A stretch of 64,000 bases of DNA from Leucoraja ocellata (lineage: Eukaryota): assembly GCA_036785375.1 (NCBI GenBank), contig JAWMAR010000314.1:1550001-1614000 (forward strand). The letters are read 5' to 3'. The notes beneath the pieces were generated by a model. The model saw only the letters and a list, made by a program, of their open reading frames with translations, was not told the origin of the DNA and made no database searches. Shown here piece by piece: positions 24,265 to 35,424 of the stretch. A program made the position numbers and the translations under genes. Numbering within the stretch: the first letter of the stretch is position 1; each line of letters opens with the position of its first letter.

Positions 24265-25851
24265 CTAAAACTGCACACAATACTCCAGGTGTGGTCTCAC
24301 TAGGGCCCTATACAACTGCAGAAGGACTTCTTTGCTTCTATACTCAACTCCTCTTGTTATGAAGGCCAACATGCCATTTGTTTTCTTCACTTCCCGACTA
24401 ACCTGGATTTCACTCAGTTCCTCCACCTCATTTGACCCCCGGTCCCCTGCTATTTCCGGCAGATTATTTATGTCTTCCTTAGTGAAGACAGAACCAAAGT
24501 AATTATTCAATTGGTCCTTGTTCCCCATGATCAATTCACCTGTTTCTGACTGCAAGGGACCTACATTTGTTTTAACTAACCTTTTTCTCTTCACATATCT
24601 ACAAAAACATTTGCAGTCAGTTTTTATGTTCCCTGCCAGTTTTCTTTCATAATCTATTTTTCCTTTCCGAATTAAGCCTTTTGTCCTCCTCTGCTGGACT
24701 CTGAATTTCTCCCAGTCCTCTGGTAGGCTGCTTTTTCTGGCTAATTTGTATGCTTCATCTTTTGTTTTGATACTATCCCTGATTTCCCTTGTTATCCACG
24801 CATGCACTACCTTTCCGGCTTTACTCTTTTGCCAAACTGGGATGAACAATCGTTGTAGCTCATGCATGCAGTCTTTAAATGCCTTCCATTGCATATCCAC
24901 CGTCAACCCTTTAAGAATCACTTGCCAGTCTATCTTGGCCAATTCACGTCTCATACCCTCAAAGTTACCTTTCTTTAAGTTCAGGACCCTTGTTTCTGAA
25001 TTAACAATGTCACTCTCCATCCTAATGAAGAACTCAACCATATTATGGTCACTCTTGCCCAAGGGGCCACGCACAACAAGACTGCTAACTAACACTTCCT
25101 CATTATTCAATACCCAGTCTAGAATAGCCAGCTCTCTCGTTGGTTCCTCTACATGTTGGTTTAGAAAACTATCCCGCATACATTCCAAGAAATCCTCTTC
25201 CTCAGCACCCTTGCCAATTTGATTCACCCAATCTATATGTAGATTTAAGTCACCCATTATAACTGTTTTACCTTTGTTGCACGCATTTCTAATTTCCTGT
25301 TTGATGCCATCCCCAACTCCACTACTACAGTTAGGTGGCCTGTACACAACTCCCACTAGCATTTTCTGCCCCTTAGTGTTTCGCCTCTCTACCCATATCG
25401 ATTCCACATCCTCCAAGCTAATGTCCTTCCTTTCCATTGCGTTAATCTTCTTTCTAATCAGCAACGCTACCCCATCTCCTTTCCCTTTCTGTCTATCCCT
25501 CCTGAATATTGAATATCCCTGGATGTTCAGCTCCCAGCCTTGGTCACCCTGGAGCCATGTCTCCGTGATCCCAACTATATCATTGTCATTAATAGCTATC
25601 TGCACATTCAACTCATCCACCTTATTATGAATGCTCCTTCCATTGAGACACAAAGCCTTCAGGCTTGTTTTTACAACACTCTTACCTCTTATACAATTAT
25701 GGTGAAAAGTGGCCCTTTTTGATTTTTGCCCTGGATTTTGCCCTGGATTTGTCTGCCTGCCACTTTTACTTTTCACCTTGCTACCTATTGCTTCTACCCT
25801 CATTTTACACCCCTCTGTCTCTCCGCTCAAACCCTTTCCCTTTAACTCCAT
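24265..25851 (-). pseudogene. CR1 ORF2 remnant: APE endonuclease fused in frame to the post-RT region
   Basis: LCLNGRSI, GITETWL, VVYRPP, IMGDLN, ILDWVL, GKSDH; jumps from VSREV to KKTNGMLAFITRGVEYRSKEVLLQLYRALVRPHLEYCVQF; no (Y/F)ADD. Confidence 0.9.
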
Positions 25852-25887
25852 CCTTGACTATCCCATTTGACACCCCACCCCCCTTAT

Positions 25888-26812
25888 TCAGTTTAAAACC
25901 ACCCGTGTAGCAGTGGCAAACCTGCCTGCCAGAATGCTGGTCCCCCACCTGTTAAGATGCAATCCGTCCCTTTTGTACAGTTCCTCCTTACTCCAAAACA
26001 GATCCCAGTGATCTAAGAATCTAAATCCCTGCCCCGTGCACCAGATCCTCAGCCACACGTTCAGGTCCCGTATATCCCTGTTCCTGCTCTCGCCAGCACG
26101 AGGAACTGGAAGCAAACCGGAGATAACAACCCTGGAGGTCCTGGTTTTCAGCATTTTTCCGAGCTCTCTGAAGTCACGCTGCAGAATATTCATCCCCTTC
26201 TATCCGACATCGTTTGTGCCGACATGCACTACCACTTCCGGCTGTTCACCTTCGCCCTTGTGGATTTTCTGCACTGTCCATGACGTCCTGGATCCTGACA
26301 CCAGGAAGGCAGCACACCATCCTCGAATCCCGTCTGTTGCTGCAGAAACCCCTGTCCGTACCTCTCACAATGGAGTCTCCCACTATAATGGCGTTGCCTG
26401 ACGTTGGCCTCTTTGGTTTTGGCTCAACAGCCCTTTTTTCTTCGCAAGCCAGTCCGCCGCTCGGTGTAATAACGTCTTCTGACCTGACAGCTTCTAAGTG
26501 GGTGAACCTGTTCACAAGAGGTACAACACCCGGGGACGTTTGCATTCCATGCTTCCCTCCCTTGTTCACCGTCACCTACCTTCTCTCTTCCAGTACCTTA
26601 GGTTTAACAATCTTACTGTAGGACTTGTCGAGGAATGACTCAGTTTCTCGGACGAACCCGAGGTCATCCACTTGCTTCTCCAGTTCCCCAACACGGTCCT
26701 TCAGGAGCTCTACCTGGATGCACTTCCTACATTTGTAGCAGCCAGAGGCACCAGCAATGTCCTTGACCTCCCATATACTGCAAGCATCACACTGAATCAG
26801 CTTGCTTGACAT
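25888..26812 (-). pseudogene. CR1 ORF1 (Zn finger/leucine zipper plus SGNH-type esterase), frameshifted and deleted
   Basis: CDACSIW..YKCRKC..VGELEKQV; IVGDSIVRG..CLPGVRIQDV; VVISGLLP..FLDHWDLFW..DGLHLN, split over three ORFs. Confidence 0.88.
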
Positions 26813-27361
26813 CTAGTACTATCGTCTCTCCCTCTTCAGCATTTTACGTAGCCTCCTCTCCTTGGCCTCCTCGCCAAAGACTCTCGAGCCAAAGACTCGC
26901 ACTTTTCTCACAGGGCCGCACACTCACTGCCGCTCGCTTAGAGCCGTCTTGCTTATATTGATTGATAAATTTCCTAATTTACCAATTTACAAACCAAATT
27001 CCTCCGTTTTCAACTGTTTTCCCCCCTCTGACTCACTTCTCTCCTCCCACCTGGGCTAGAGCCAATCAGTGTTTTCTCCTGCTTAACTTTGTTGCTGTTG
27101 CTTCCAAATCCACAGCAGCTCTGAGTAAAGTCTGCCTGTGCTTTGCCTCTCCTTTTCAACTGATCCTTAATCTATTGAACATTGGAAAATTATCACCAAT
27201 GCGTCCACAATTTCTAGAGCCAGTTACTTAAGTACCCTGGGATGCGGACCATCAGGCCCTGTGGATTTATCAGCCTTCAATCCCATCAGTCTACCCAACA
27301 CCATTTCCTGCCTAATGTGGATTTCCTAAGTCACCCCAGATCCTCTGGCCACTAGTGTCGG

Positions 27362-28212
27362 TATACTTGGCAGCATAACTAGGTCTTGAAATGTATAGCT
27401 GCAGCAATTGAGAGGAGGATAGCACTGTAGGCATTAGGACTGGGAGTGTAGCGATTCATTTTCTCCATCAGGGAGAGAAAGGTTGAGGAGGGAAGTTTTC
27501 AGACAGGTATGAGACAGGCTAGTTATGGGGGGCCATTGATTGGGAGATGCGGGTAGATTTGGGACGAAAATTTGTTGTTCCGCAGGAAATAATTACTACT
27601 AGTTTGAGGCCTGATATAGTGTTTTGGTCAATTAGTCAGCGGATAGTGCATTTTATAGAACTGACGGTGTTTTGAAAGAACTTAGTGGATGAGGTTTATG
27701 AAAGCAAAAGGCTTAGATTTGTAGAGTTGGCAGCAGAGGTTGAGCAGCGAGATGGAGAGTGAGACTACACCCGATAGAGGTGGGCTGTAGAGGTTTCATA
27801 GCGAGGTCAGCTACATCGCTAGGAATTTGCGGATAAAGTTTTTGTCTGGCCGTATAGGAGATGTCAGAGGCAGCAGTGCAAGGCAGTATGTGGATTTGAT
27901 GGTGAAGAAACAGTGTCAGTTGGGGGGGGCGGGGGCAGAAGGGAAATGTATAACGCATGGTAAGTATATTTTGTTGTATGTGTATTCCTTATAAGTGCAT
28001 CCCAGTTTTATATGTGAGGTTGATATTTGTGGCACTGTGATTGTTTGATGATGGGCTAGGATAAGTGTAAGACAGGATGCGAGTATTTAGCATTTGTTTG
28101 AGTGAATTAATTGTCTGTGGATATTTACATATTTAGCTGCTTAGTAGAACACACTGGTCGCATGGGTGGTAAGAGCCGCCATTGAGGAGGGTGGTTCTGG
28201 GACCCCACGATA
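27362..28212 (+). mobile_element. HERO-clade (R2-group) non-LTR retrotransposon 3' fragment with restriction-like endonuclease
   Basis: Hand translation: W(Q)HN*VLKCIAAAIE..DWEMRVDLGRKFVVPQEIITTSLRPDIVFWS..VHFIELTV..DEVYESKRLRFVELAAEVE..EVGCRGFIARS; contains stops and frameshifts. Confidence 0.8.
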
Positions 28213-28608
28213 CCATTTACTTCAGTATCACCTTCAAACTTATTAATCATGCCTTCTACATTGACGGCGTTGATATAAACTGCAAACAGCAACCGAATCC
28301 TGAGGCCCCCCAGTCCAAACAACACCCTTCCACTTCCATCCTCTGGTTCCTTCCGTGAAGCCAATTCTGTATCCAGTTTTCTAGGTCTCCCTGGAGCCTA
28401 TGTGACCTAAACCTCCAGAGCAGCCTGTCATGCGGAATCTTAACAAAGGCCTTGCTGAATCCATATAGTCTACGTCTATGACCACGCCCGTATCAACCTT
28501 CTTGGTTACTTTTCAAAAAGTTCAATCAATTTCGTGGGACACCATCACCGAAGCACAAAACAATGCTGACTATCACTAATGACCCATTGTCTTTCCAAAT
28601 GCATGTAT
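28213..28608 (-). mobile_element. Old CR1 RT fragment
   Basis: LLFAVYIN..EGMINKFEGDT; VDVDYMD.FSKAFVKIPHDRLL-like motif. Confidence 0.65.
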
Positions 28609-28612
28609 AACC

Positions 28613-29035
28613 TCAGAGCCGGATTTAGATGAAGAGAGGCCCTAAGCTATTTCACTTGTGATCCCCCCCCCCCCCCCCTCCCAATCACCCATCCCCACGA
28701 CTAGAGGACCATGACTACCTGACAGTGACAGTGTGACACGTTTAGATCCTACTGTATGTTGTCATTAAACAGTTGGTTTTAAAATACATATTGGATTCAC
28801 CGCGGAGCGGGCGATGCGTTACCTGGATCGCCGTTTGAAGCTCTGGAGTGTTGGGCCTGCTGCTTCAACATCATGGAGCTGCGGTTTGCGGAGCTCCCCG
28901 CCTCAGGCTGCGCTGATTTAAACATCGTGGAGCCCTGGGATCCCTTTGCCGAGGGCCTCCAGCGTGAATCTCCGCCCTGCTCAGCCTGCGGACTGCGGGT
29001 GGTGCGGGAGGGGAAGGAAGAATTGACCATGGAAT
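28613..29035 (+). mobile_element. hAT-like non-autonomous left end followed by a CpG-rich module
   Basis: Begins CAGAGCCGGATTTAG..AGGCCCTAAGCT; 28800-29000 is similar to the reverse complement of 13280-13450; no right TIR or TSD found. Confidence 0.45.
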
Positions 29036-30255
29036 TGCGGAGAGAGCGGTCTTTGCGGAAAGCAGACGGGTGGGGGGGGGGAGATGGGAAGATGTGGCGA
29101 GTGGTGGGGTCACGTTGGAGGTGGCGGAAAATGACGGAAGACTATTTGTTGTATGTGACGGCTAGTGGGGTGAAAGGTGAGGACTAGGGGGACTCTGCCC
29201 TTGTTGCGAGTGGAGGGATGGGGAGAGAGAGCAGTGTTACGGGGTATGGAAGAGACCCTGGTGAGAGCCTCATCCATAGTAGGGGTGGGGAACCCCCGTT
29301 CCTTGAAGAAGGAGGACATTTCCGATGCCCTCGTGTGAAACACCTCATCCTGGGAGCAGATGCGGTGTAGACGGAGGAATTGGGAGTAGGGGATGGAGTC
29401 CTTACAGGAAGCAGGCTGGGAAGAAGAGTAGTCTAGATAGCCATGGGAGTCAGTGGGTTTATAGTGGATGTCGGTCAGAAGTCTATCACCTGCGATGGAG
29501 ATAGTGAGGTCAAGAAATGGTAGGGAAGTGGCGGAAATGGTCCAGGTGTATTTGAGTACCGGATGGAAGTTAGTGGTGAAGCGGATGAAGTCAGTCAGTG
29601 GTGTGTGGGTGCAAGAGGTAGCACCAAAGCAGTCGTTGATGTGACGAAGGTAGAGGTCGGGGATGGGGCCCTGGTACGTATTGAACAAGGATTGTTCGAC
29701 GTACCCGACAAATACCTGGCGTAGCTGGCGCCCATGCGTGTGCCCATAGCTAGGCCTTGTATTTGGAGGAAATGGGAGGAGTCAAACGAGAAGTTATTGA
29801 GGGTAAGGGCCAGCTCCGCTAGGCGGAGGAGAGTATCAGTGGACGGGTATAGGTGGCTCCTCTGGTCGAGGAAGAACCGGAGGGCTTTGAGACCATCCTG
29901 GTGGGGGATGGAGGTATAGAGTGACTGGACGTCCATGGTGAAGATGAGGGGATGGTGGCCTAGACAATGGAATGCCTGGAGACGACGGAGAGTGTCTGAG
30001 GTTTCTTGAACATAGGTAGGGAGGGATTTAACCAAGGGGGGTAGGATGGAGTCAAGGTATGTGGAAATAAGTTCGGTGGGGCACGAACAGGCAGAGTCAA
30101 TGGGTCTATTGGGACAGTCAGGTTTGTGGATTTTGGGGAGAAGGTAAAATTGGGCCGTGCGGGGCTGTGGAACGATGAGGTTGGAGGCTCGGGTGGTCAG
30201 GGCCTGGGAGTTGATGAAGTTGGTGATGGTGCTGGAGATAGTGGTGGTGTGGGTG
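29035..30255 (-). mobile_element. Penelope-like element (Neptune-type) reverse transcriptase fragment, frameshifted
   Basis: IFTMDVQSLYTSIPHQDG, NNFSFD..QIQGLAMGTRMG, YLRHINDCF (degraded RYIDD), LPFLDL, YKPTD..SIPYSQFLRLHRICS. Confidence 0.92.
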
Positions 30256-30684
30256 GGGAAGAGCAGGGGTCACATAGTTAGAGGGGGATGGGGAAGACTC
30301 AGTGGAACTGCCACTGAGGTTAACAAGGCTGGGCAGACTAGCACTAGGACCCAGTGGAGTCAAACCTAGGAGAGTGTTTCCCTTTGCTCAGTTAGGTAAC
30401 ACATGGCCCACAAAATCCCAGATCTGATCCATGGTCCTTCTTGAAGGCACAGTTGACTATGGACCAAGTGAATTGGATTAGTATAGATAGTATTCATGGT
30501 TAGCATGGACACAATGGGCCAAAGGGCCTGTTTCTGTGCTGTGTGATTCAATAACCCTATGACGTTATGGAAGGTACCGTGGGGTGATGTAATTAGTTTC
30601 AGCACTCAGGAGAGAAGTCAGCTGAGCTTCCTGCTGCTGAACCCTAACCACCCGTCCGTCCATAGCTGGAAGCAAACTTCACTT

Positions 30685-31178
30685 TGGTTTAGTTTAGTTT
30701 AGTGTAGGGATACAGCGCTGAAACAGGCCCTTCGGCCCACCGAGTCCATGCTGACCAGCGATCTCCGCACATTAACACCACAGTAGGGACAATTTACAAT
30801 TTTACCAAAGCCAATTAGCCTACAAGTCTTTGGAGTGTGGGAGGAAACAGAAGCTCCTGGGGAAAAGCCACGCAGGTCACGATGAACGTACTCTTCTCAC
30901 AATACCCTTCCTTATCTCTGTGTCTCCCTCTCCCTTGACTCTCAGTCTGAAGAAGGGTCTCGATCCGAGACGTCACCCATTCCTTCTATCCAGAGATGCT
31001 GTCGGTCCCGCTGAGTTACTCCACCATTTTGTGTCTATCTTCGGTGTAAACCAGCATCTGCAGTTCCTTCCCACACATGAACGTACAAATTCCGTACAGA
31101 CAGCACCCGGAGTCAGGATTGAACCCAGGTCTCTGGCTCTGTGAGGCAGCAACGCCACCGCTGCACCATCGTGCCGCC
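30685..31178 (-). mobile_element. HE1-type V-SINE with a nested Penelope pLTR fragment (30892-31076, plus strand)
   Basis: SINE tail, V-domain and head; insert carries CTGAAGAAGGGTCTCGATCCGAGACGTC; TSD ATGAACGTAC at 30882-30891 and 31077-31086. Confidence 0.88.
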
Positions 31179-32229
31179 AACTTGTGTGAAAGTCAGGTGG
31201 GAATTGGACACTACCCGCAGTTGAATAGCCCGCTGATACTGAAACTTATCGACAATGATAAGTCTATGGAGAGCGACACAGGAGAAGTGAATCTCTTCCT
31301 GTGGCAGCGAGAAGACGTCATGGTGTACAAGCAGGGAGCTTCAATCCACCAACAGCTCGCCCAGGAGAGAAACTAATCTCTGACCTCCCTCCTCAAAAAG
31401 GCAGCAATTATCCCAATTGCCTTAAAAAACAAGAGCTGGATGGAATAAATCAGGCATGTAGACAAAAGATACGATTTACATAATGAAGACCTGAGTAACT
31501 GCAGCTCCCCAGTCACTTTGTCACATCCCCCGCCAGCCCAACTCTCCAGGGAGCAGAGGTTAGCTGGCCCTGATTTAATTACTGCAGACTCAATAACATC
31601 AGGCACAGAGCAGCTCCCTCAGCTCTGGCTGTGTGAGGAGCTCCGTGTTATCTCGGCTGATTATGAAGATACAGCAGGTCGAAAGGACGATGAGGCAAGT
31701 GATGATGGTGTCATTCACACAGTCCCCTGGACCCCCCCTGGGACCTGGCGGGATAATCGTTTAATAAATATCCCAGCGCTGGGGCTTGCGAACAATTGTT
31801 CAGACGATAGCTCTGTGGAAGGGCTGCAACCATCAGGGAATCAGCTGGGAGATCAGACAGTCAACCTGGAGGTCGAAGAGGTCATGGAGGGGGGGGTCCA
31901 TGAGGTCACTCTGGAATGAAGCCAAACTTGTGCATTAAAGACAAACTTGCATTTCTATGTCGCCCCTTTCACCATCCCTGGACCGCACAGTCCCTGACAT
32001 GTGATTCAAATGTTCTCACTGTAGCACTGTTGTAATTGCAGCAGAACGTTTCACCTAACAAGGTTTTGTGGGCGGTAATGTGATCATATTTTCATGAAAT
32101 AACGACACTGCGGGAAAAAGTGAGCAGGTCAGGCAGCAACTGTGGAGAGAGAACCAGACGTAATGGTTCAGGACCATGTCCTTATGTTATATGAACTCTG
32201 TATCTCTCTCTGTTGAGTGTTCTTTAAAT

Positions 32230-32508
32230 TTGTTTAGAGATACAGCACAGAAACAGGCCCTTCGGCTCACCAAGTCCGCGCCGACAAGCGATGCCCATAT
32301 TGTCCTACACGCTAGGGACAATTTACAATCTTTACCCGAGCCACATGACCTACAAACCTGTATGTCTTTGGAGTGTGGGAGGAAACCGGAGCACCCGGAC
32401 AAAAAACCCACGTAGAAACTACATACAGACAGCTTCCGTAGTCAAGATCAAACTCGGGTCACAGGTGCTGTAAGGCAGCAACTCTACCGCTGCGCCACCG
32501 TGCCGCCA
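32230..32508 (-). mobile_element. HE1-type V-SINE
   Basis: Head GGCGGCACGGTGGCGCAGCGGTAGAG and 3' end on the minus strand. Confidence 0.88.
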
Positions 32509-32654
32509 TATATATTGTCTGCTTTTAATCAGGTTTTCAGCATTTGCACTTTACTCCAGTTTGTCTCTCGTTGTTGCCCTTGTTTTTCCACGCTCCTATG
32601 TCCTCATTCATCTCTCTCATGCATTCTCCTGCAAATAGATTAGCAAGCGCCACC

Positions 32655-32717
32655 GTGCATTTCGTTGTCTCTGTACTGTACACCGACAATGACAATTAAA
32701 TTGAAATTGAATCTGAA
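32655..32717 (+). mobile_element. Extremely 5'-truncated Rex-Babar copy
   Basis: Near identical to the 3' terminus at 51883-51948 (TGCATTTCGTTGTCTCTGTACTGTACAC..TGAATCTGAA). Confidence 0.8.
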
Positions 32718-32762
32718 GCGTCTGCAAGCCTCCATTGCCCTCTCTCAGCCAGCACCATCATC

Positions 32763-33480
32763 CAGGGGTGGAAATCACTGTCAAAACATGGGGGGGCACA
32801 ATTTCTTGGTGGCCACACGCTCACGCACACACACACACACACACGCGCGAGGCTTCGGCCGTGGGCCCTGTGGACGGTAACCTGGTTGGTGACGGCCCGA
32901 ATCGTGGGGCTTGAATCGGCCCGTTCGCGGGACCTTTCATCGCCTGGAGCGGTTTAAAACCGGCCGCCAGATCTTCCATCGCCCGGCGAGGGCTTCAACA
33001 TCGGGAGCCTCGATCGCCTCGGCGCAGCAATATGGCCGCAGGGCGGTGGAAGATCCCGCGGCCAATTTAAGCCGCGCCGGGCGATGAAAGGTCCCACGAA
33101 CGGGCCGATTCAATCTCCGCTCTATGATCTTTGCTCCACCAGGTCGTTTCCCTCCTCCAATCACCGCGCTCTATCCTCTGTCCCACCCCCTACTTCCGCC
33201 TCCGACCGACACCTCCCTCCTCCAATCATCATGCTGAATCATGTCCCATTCTCCCCCCCACTACCTGCTGGCCGACGTCTCTCTCGTCCAATCGGCGCCC
33301 TTGATCATCAGTCCCACCCCCACTGTCTCGCGGAAAGTGGAGATTTTTAATCGATTTTTTTCACCGAATTATAAATCCGATTACAAAACATGGAGGGGAT
33401 TGGCCCCCACCTCTCAAAACATGGAGGGGGCGTGTGTCCCCGACCCCCCCCCCCCCCCCCCCCCCGGATTTTGGTCCTTG
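32763..33480. mobile_element. hAT-like non-autonomous DNA transposon
   Basis: Degenerate TIRs CAGGGGTGGAAATC / GATTTTGGTCCTTG, subterminal TCAAAACATGG, 8-bp TSD CCATCATC / CCACCATC; related to 63169-63413. Confidence 0.75.
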
Positions 33481-33813
33481 CCACCATCCCTGTGTCAGTC
33501 AGTCTCTCTTGCGCTCCACCCATCAGTCATTTCCTCTGTTATCTCCACCCCTCCACTCTCATTACAACTTCAAAGTTACTTGGTTGCAAACGTTCCCAGT
33601 TTGTGAAGAAGAGTCATCAACCTGAAATTGTAACTGTTTCTTTCTCCACGGATGCTGCCAGAAATGTATGTGAGACAGTTCAATTAAGTATTGATGGAAA
33701 CACATATGGTTTGTGCTTTCAGATTGGCCTGATCTCATTGTGTGGCTGAACAAACAAGGGTCGAACATTGACTCAGATCCTGCCACAAAAGGGTTCCAAT
33801 GGGTATACCCCTG

Positions 33814-33972
33814 CACACACGCACTTGTATACATACACGCACCACACACACACTCCACACACACACCATTTACATGAACACACACTCCACACACACCAAC
33901 ACACAAACACATGCTCACACCACAAACACACACTCACACCATGCACACACTAACACACACACTTACATAAAC
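33814..33972. repeat. Degenerate (CA)n microsatellite
   Basis: CA-rich low complexity; similar tracts at 34404-34557 and 37236-37392. Confidence 0.9.
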
Positions 33973-34557
33973 ACTGCACAGTCTCTGACATATGATTCAA
34001 ATGTTTTCATTGTTGTAAGTGCTGCAGATTGTTTCATATCACAGGGGCTTGTAGATGGTAAGATGACAATATTTCATTAAAATAAGAACACTGCTGGAAA
34101 TGTTCAGCATGTCAGGCAGCAACTGTGGAGAGAGAAGCAGAGTTAATGACTCAGGAACTTGACCTTTTATTACATTAACCCTGTTTCTCAGATTCCCTCT
34201 GATCTGCTGAGTGTTTTCTGTATTCTCTATTTGTATTTCCCAGCATCGGCACTGCTTGGCTTCTCCAGTTTGCATCTCACTGTTCCTTGTTTTATCTCAC
34301 TCCCGCTTTGTTCCTACTCGTCTTTCTCTCACGACATCTTCTCTAGATAGATCAGCAGCAGTGTGCGTGCACGCTTGCGTGTCTGTTGTGTGTCATTAGT
34401 CTCACACACCTACACAAACACGCATTCATACACACACTCACAGCACACATTCAAACTCACACACATAAACACGCACACTTAGATAAGCACATAGCCTCAC
34501 ACCACACACATAAGCACACGCACTTACATAAACACAGAATAATTTCTACACTCAAAC

Positions 34558-35421
34558 ATAATAATAATAATAATAATAATATTTATTTATATAGCACTTT
34601 TCAACAAAACCAGTATTTGAACCAAAGTGCTTTACAGAGATTGATTAAATTAATTGAACAGATCAATGCAATAAATCCATACAAATCAAAAAAAAGAGAA
34701 AAAAGAGAAAAAGAAAAAAGACACAGAAACAGTACACTATAGAAATCAACATGAAACGTCCCCCCACAGCAGAATTCACTGTGAGGGAAGGCACCAAAAA
34801 ATATCCAGTTCTCCCCTCATAGTCCACCCGAGGTCGGGGCCTATATCTGGCCTCCTCAGCCAGCCCGGTATCTTCAGGCCCTCCTGCCGTGAAGCTGGAC
34901 CATCGGCGTCGGTGAACGTCCATCAGCGGCCAGGACTGAAGCGGCCGCTTCCCCCCCGAAGACTGCAACGACCAAAGTTCACAGGCCGCGCCGGCCGAAC
35001 CCCCGACACTGGCGATCTCGGATCCCAGGCTCCGCGGTGCTGTCGACGGTCACAGTGCCCCGGAGATTACCGCAAGGCGACCCGGTAAGGCATCGCACGC
35101 TCCTTGTAGATGTCCCAGCATCTACACCGCCGTCGAAGCTGCAGTCCCGGCAGGAAACGCCGCTCCAGCGCTGCTCCAGTTTGACTAGGCCGCACAGAGA
35201 GGACGAAGATGCGGTTCGGAGAAAAACCGCATCTCCGACCAGGTAGAACTGGGGTTAAAATAGTTTCCCCCTTCCCCTCCCCCACCCACCACATAAAAGA
35301 AGTCCTCCAATAAACATTTCATACGAACAGGACTAAAAATAAAAATAAAAAAGGGTGAAAGGACGGACAGCAGGAGGAGCGGCCATACACAACGGCGCAT
35401 CACCCCCGCTGTCCGCCATCT
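34558..35421 (-). mobile_element. CpG-rich non-autonomous composite retroposon, L2-like tail (copy B)
   Basis: Minus 5' AAGATGGCGG; body homologous to copy A; 3' end GTAAAGCACTTTG..AAAAGTGCTATATAAATAAAT(ATT)n. Confidence 0.75.
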
Positions 35422-35424
35422 TGA

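Larger units (their letters stand above)
23711..27056 (-). mobile_element. CR1 LINE, 5'-complete with RT core deleted
   Basis: 5' UTR, ORF1 (Cys-Cys knuckles, coiled coil, SGNH esterase), ORF2 APE domain, C-terminal part, (CTATTGT)n tail. Confidence 0.92.

Noticed and set aside
24746-25630. Antisense ORFs over CR1 ORF2 (and over the Rex ORF at 50135-51673)
   Set aside because: Shadow frames of the real transposon ORFs.
31518-31919. 133-aa acidic ORF in non-repetitive sequence
   Set aside because: No recognisable domain, a TTG start and no convincing splice sites; kept only as unexplained unique sequence.
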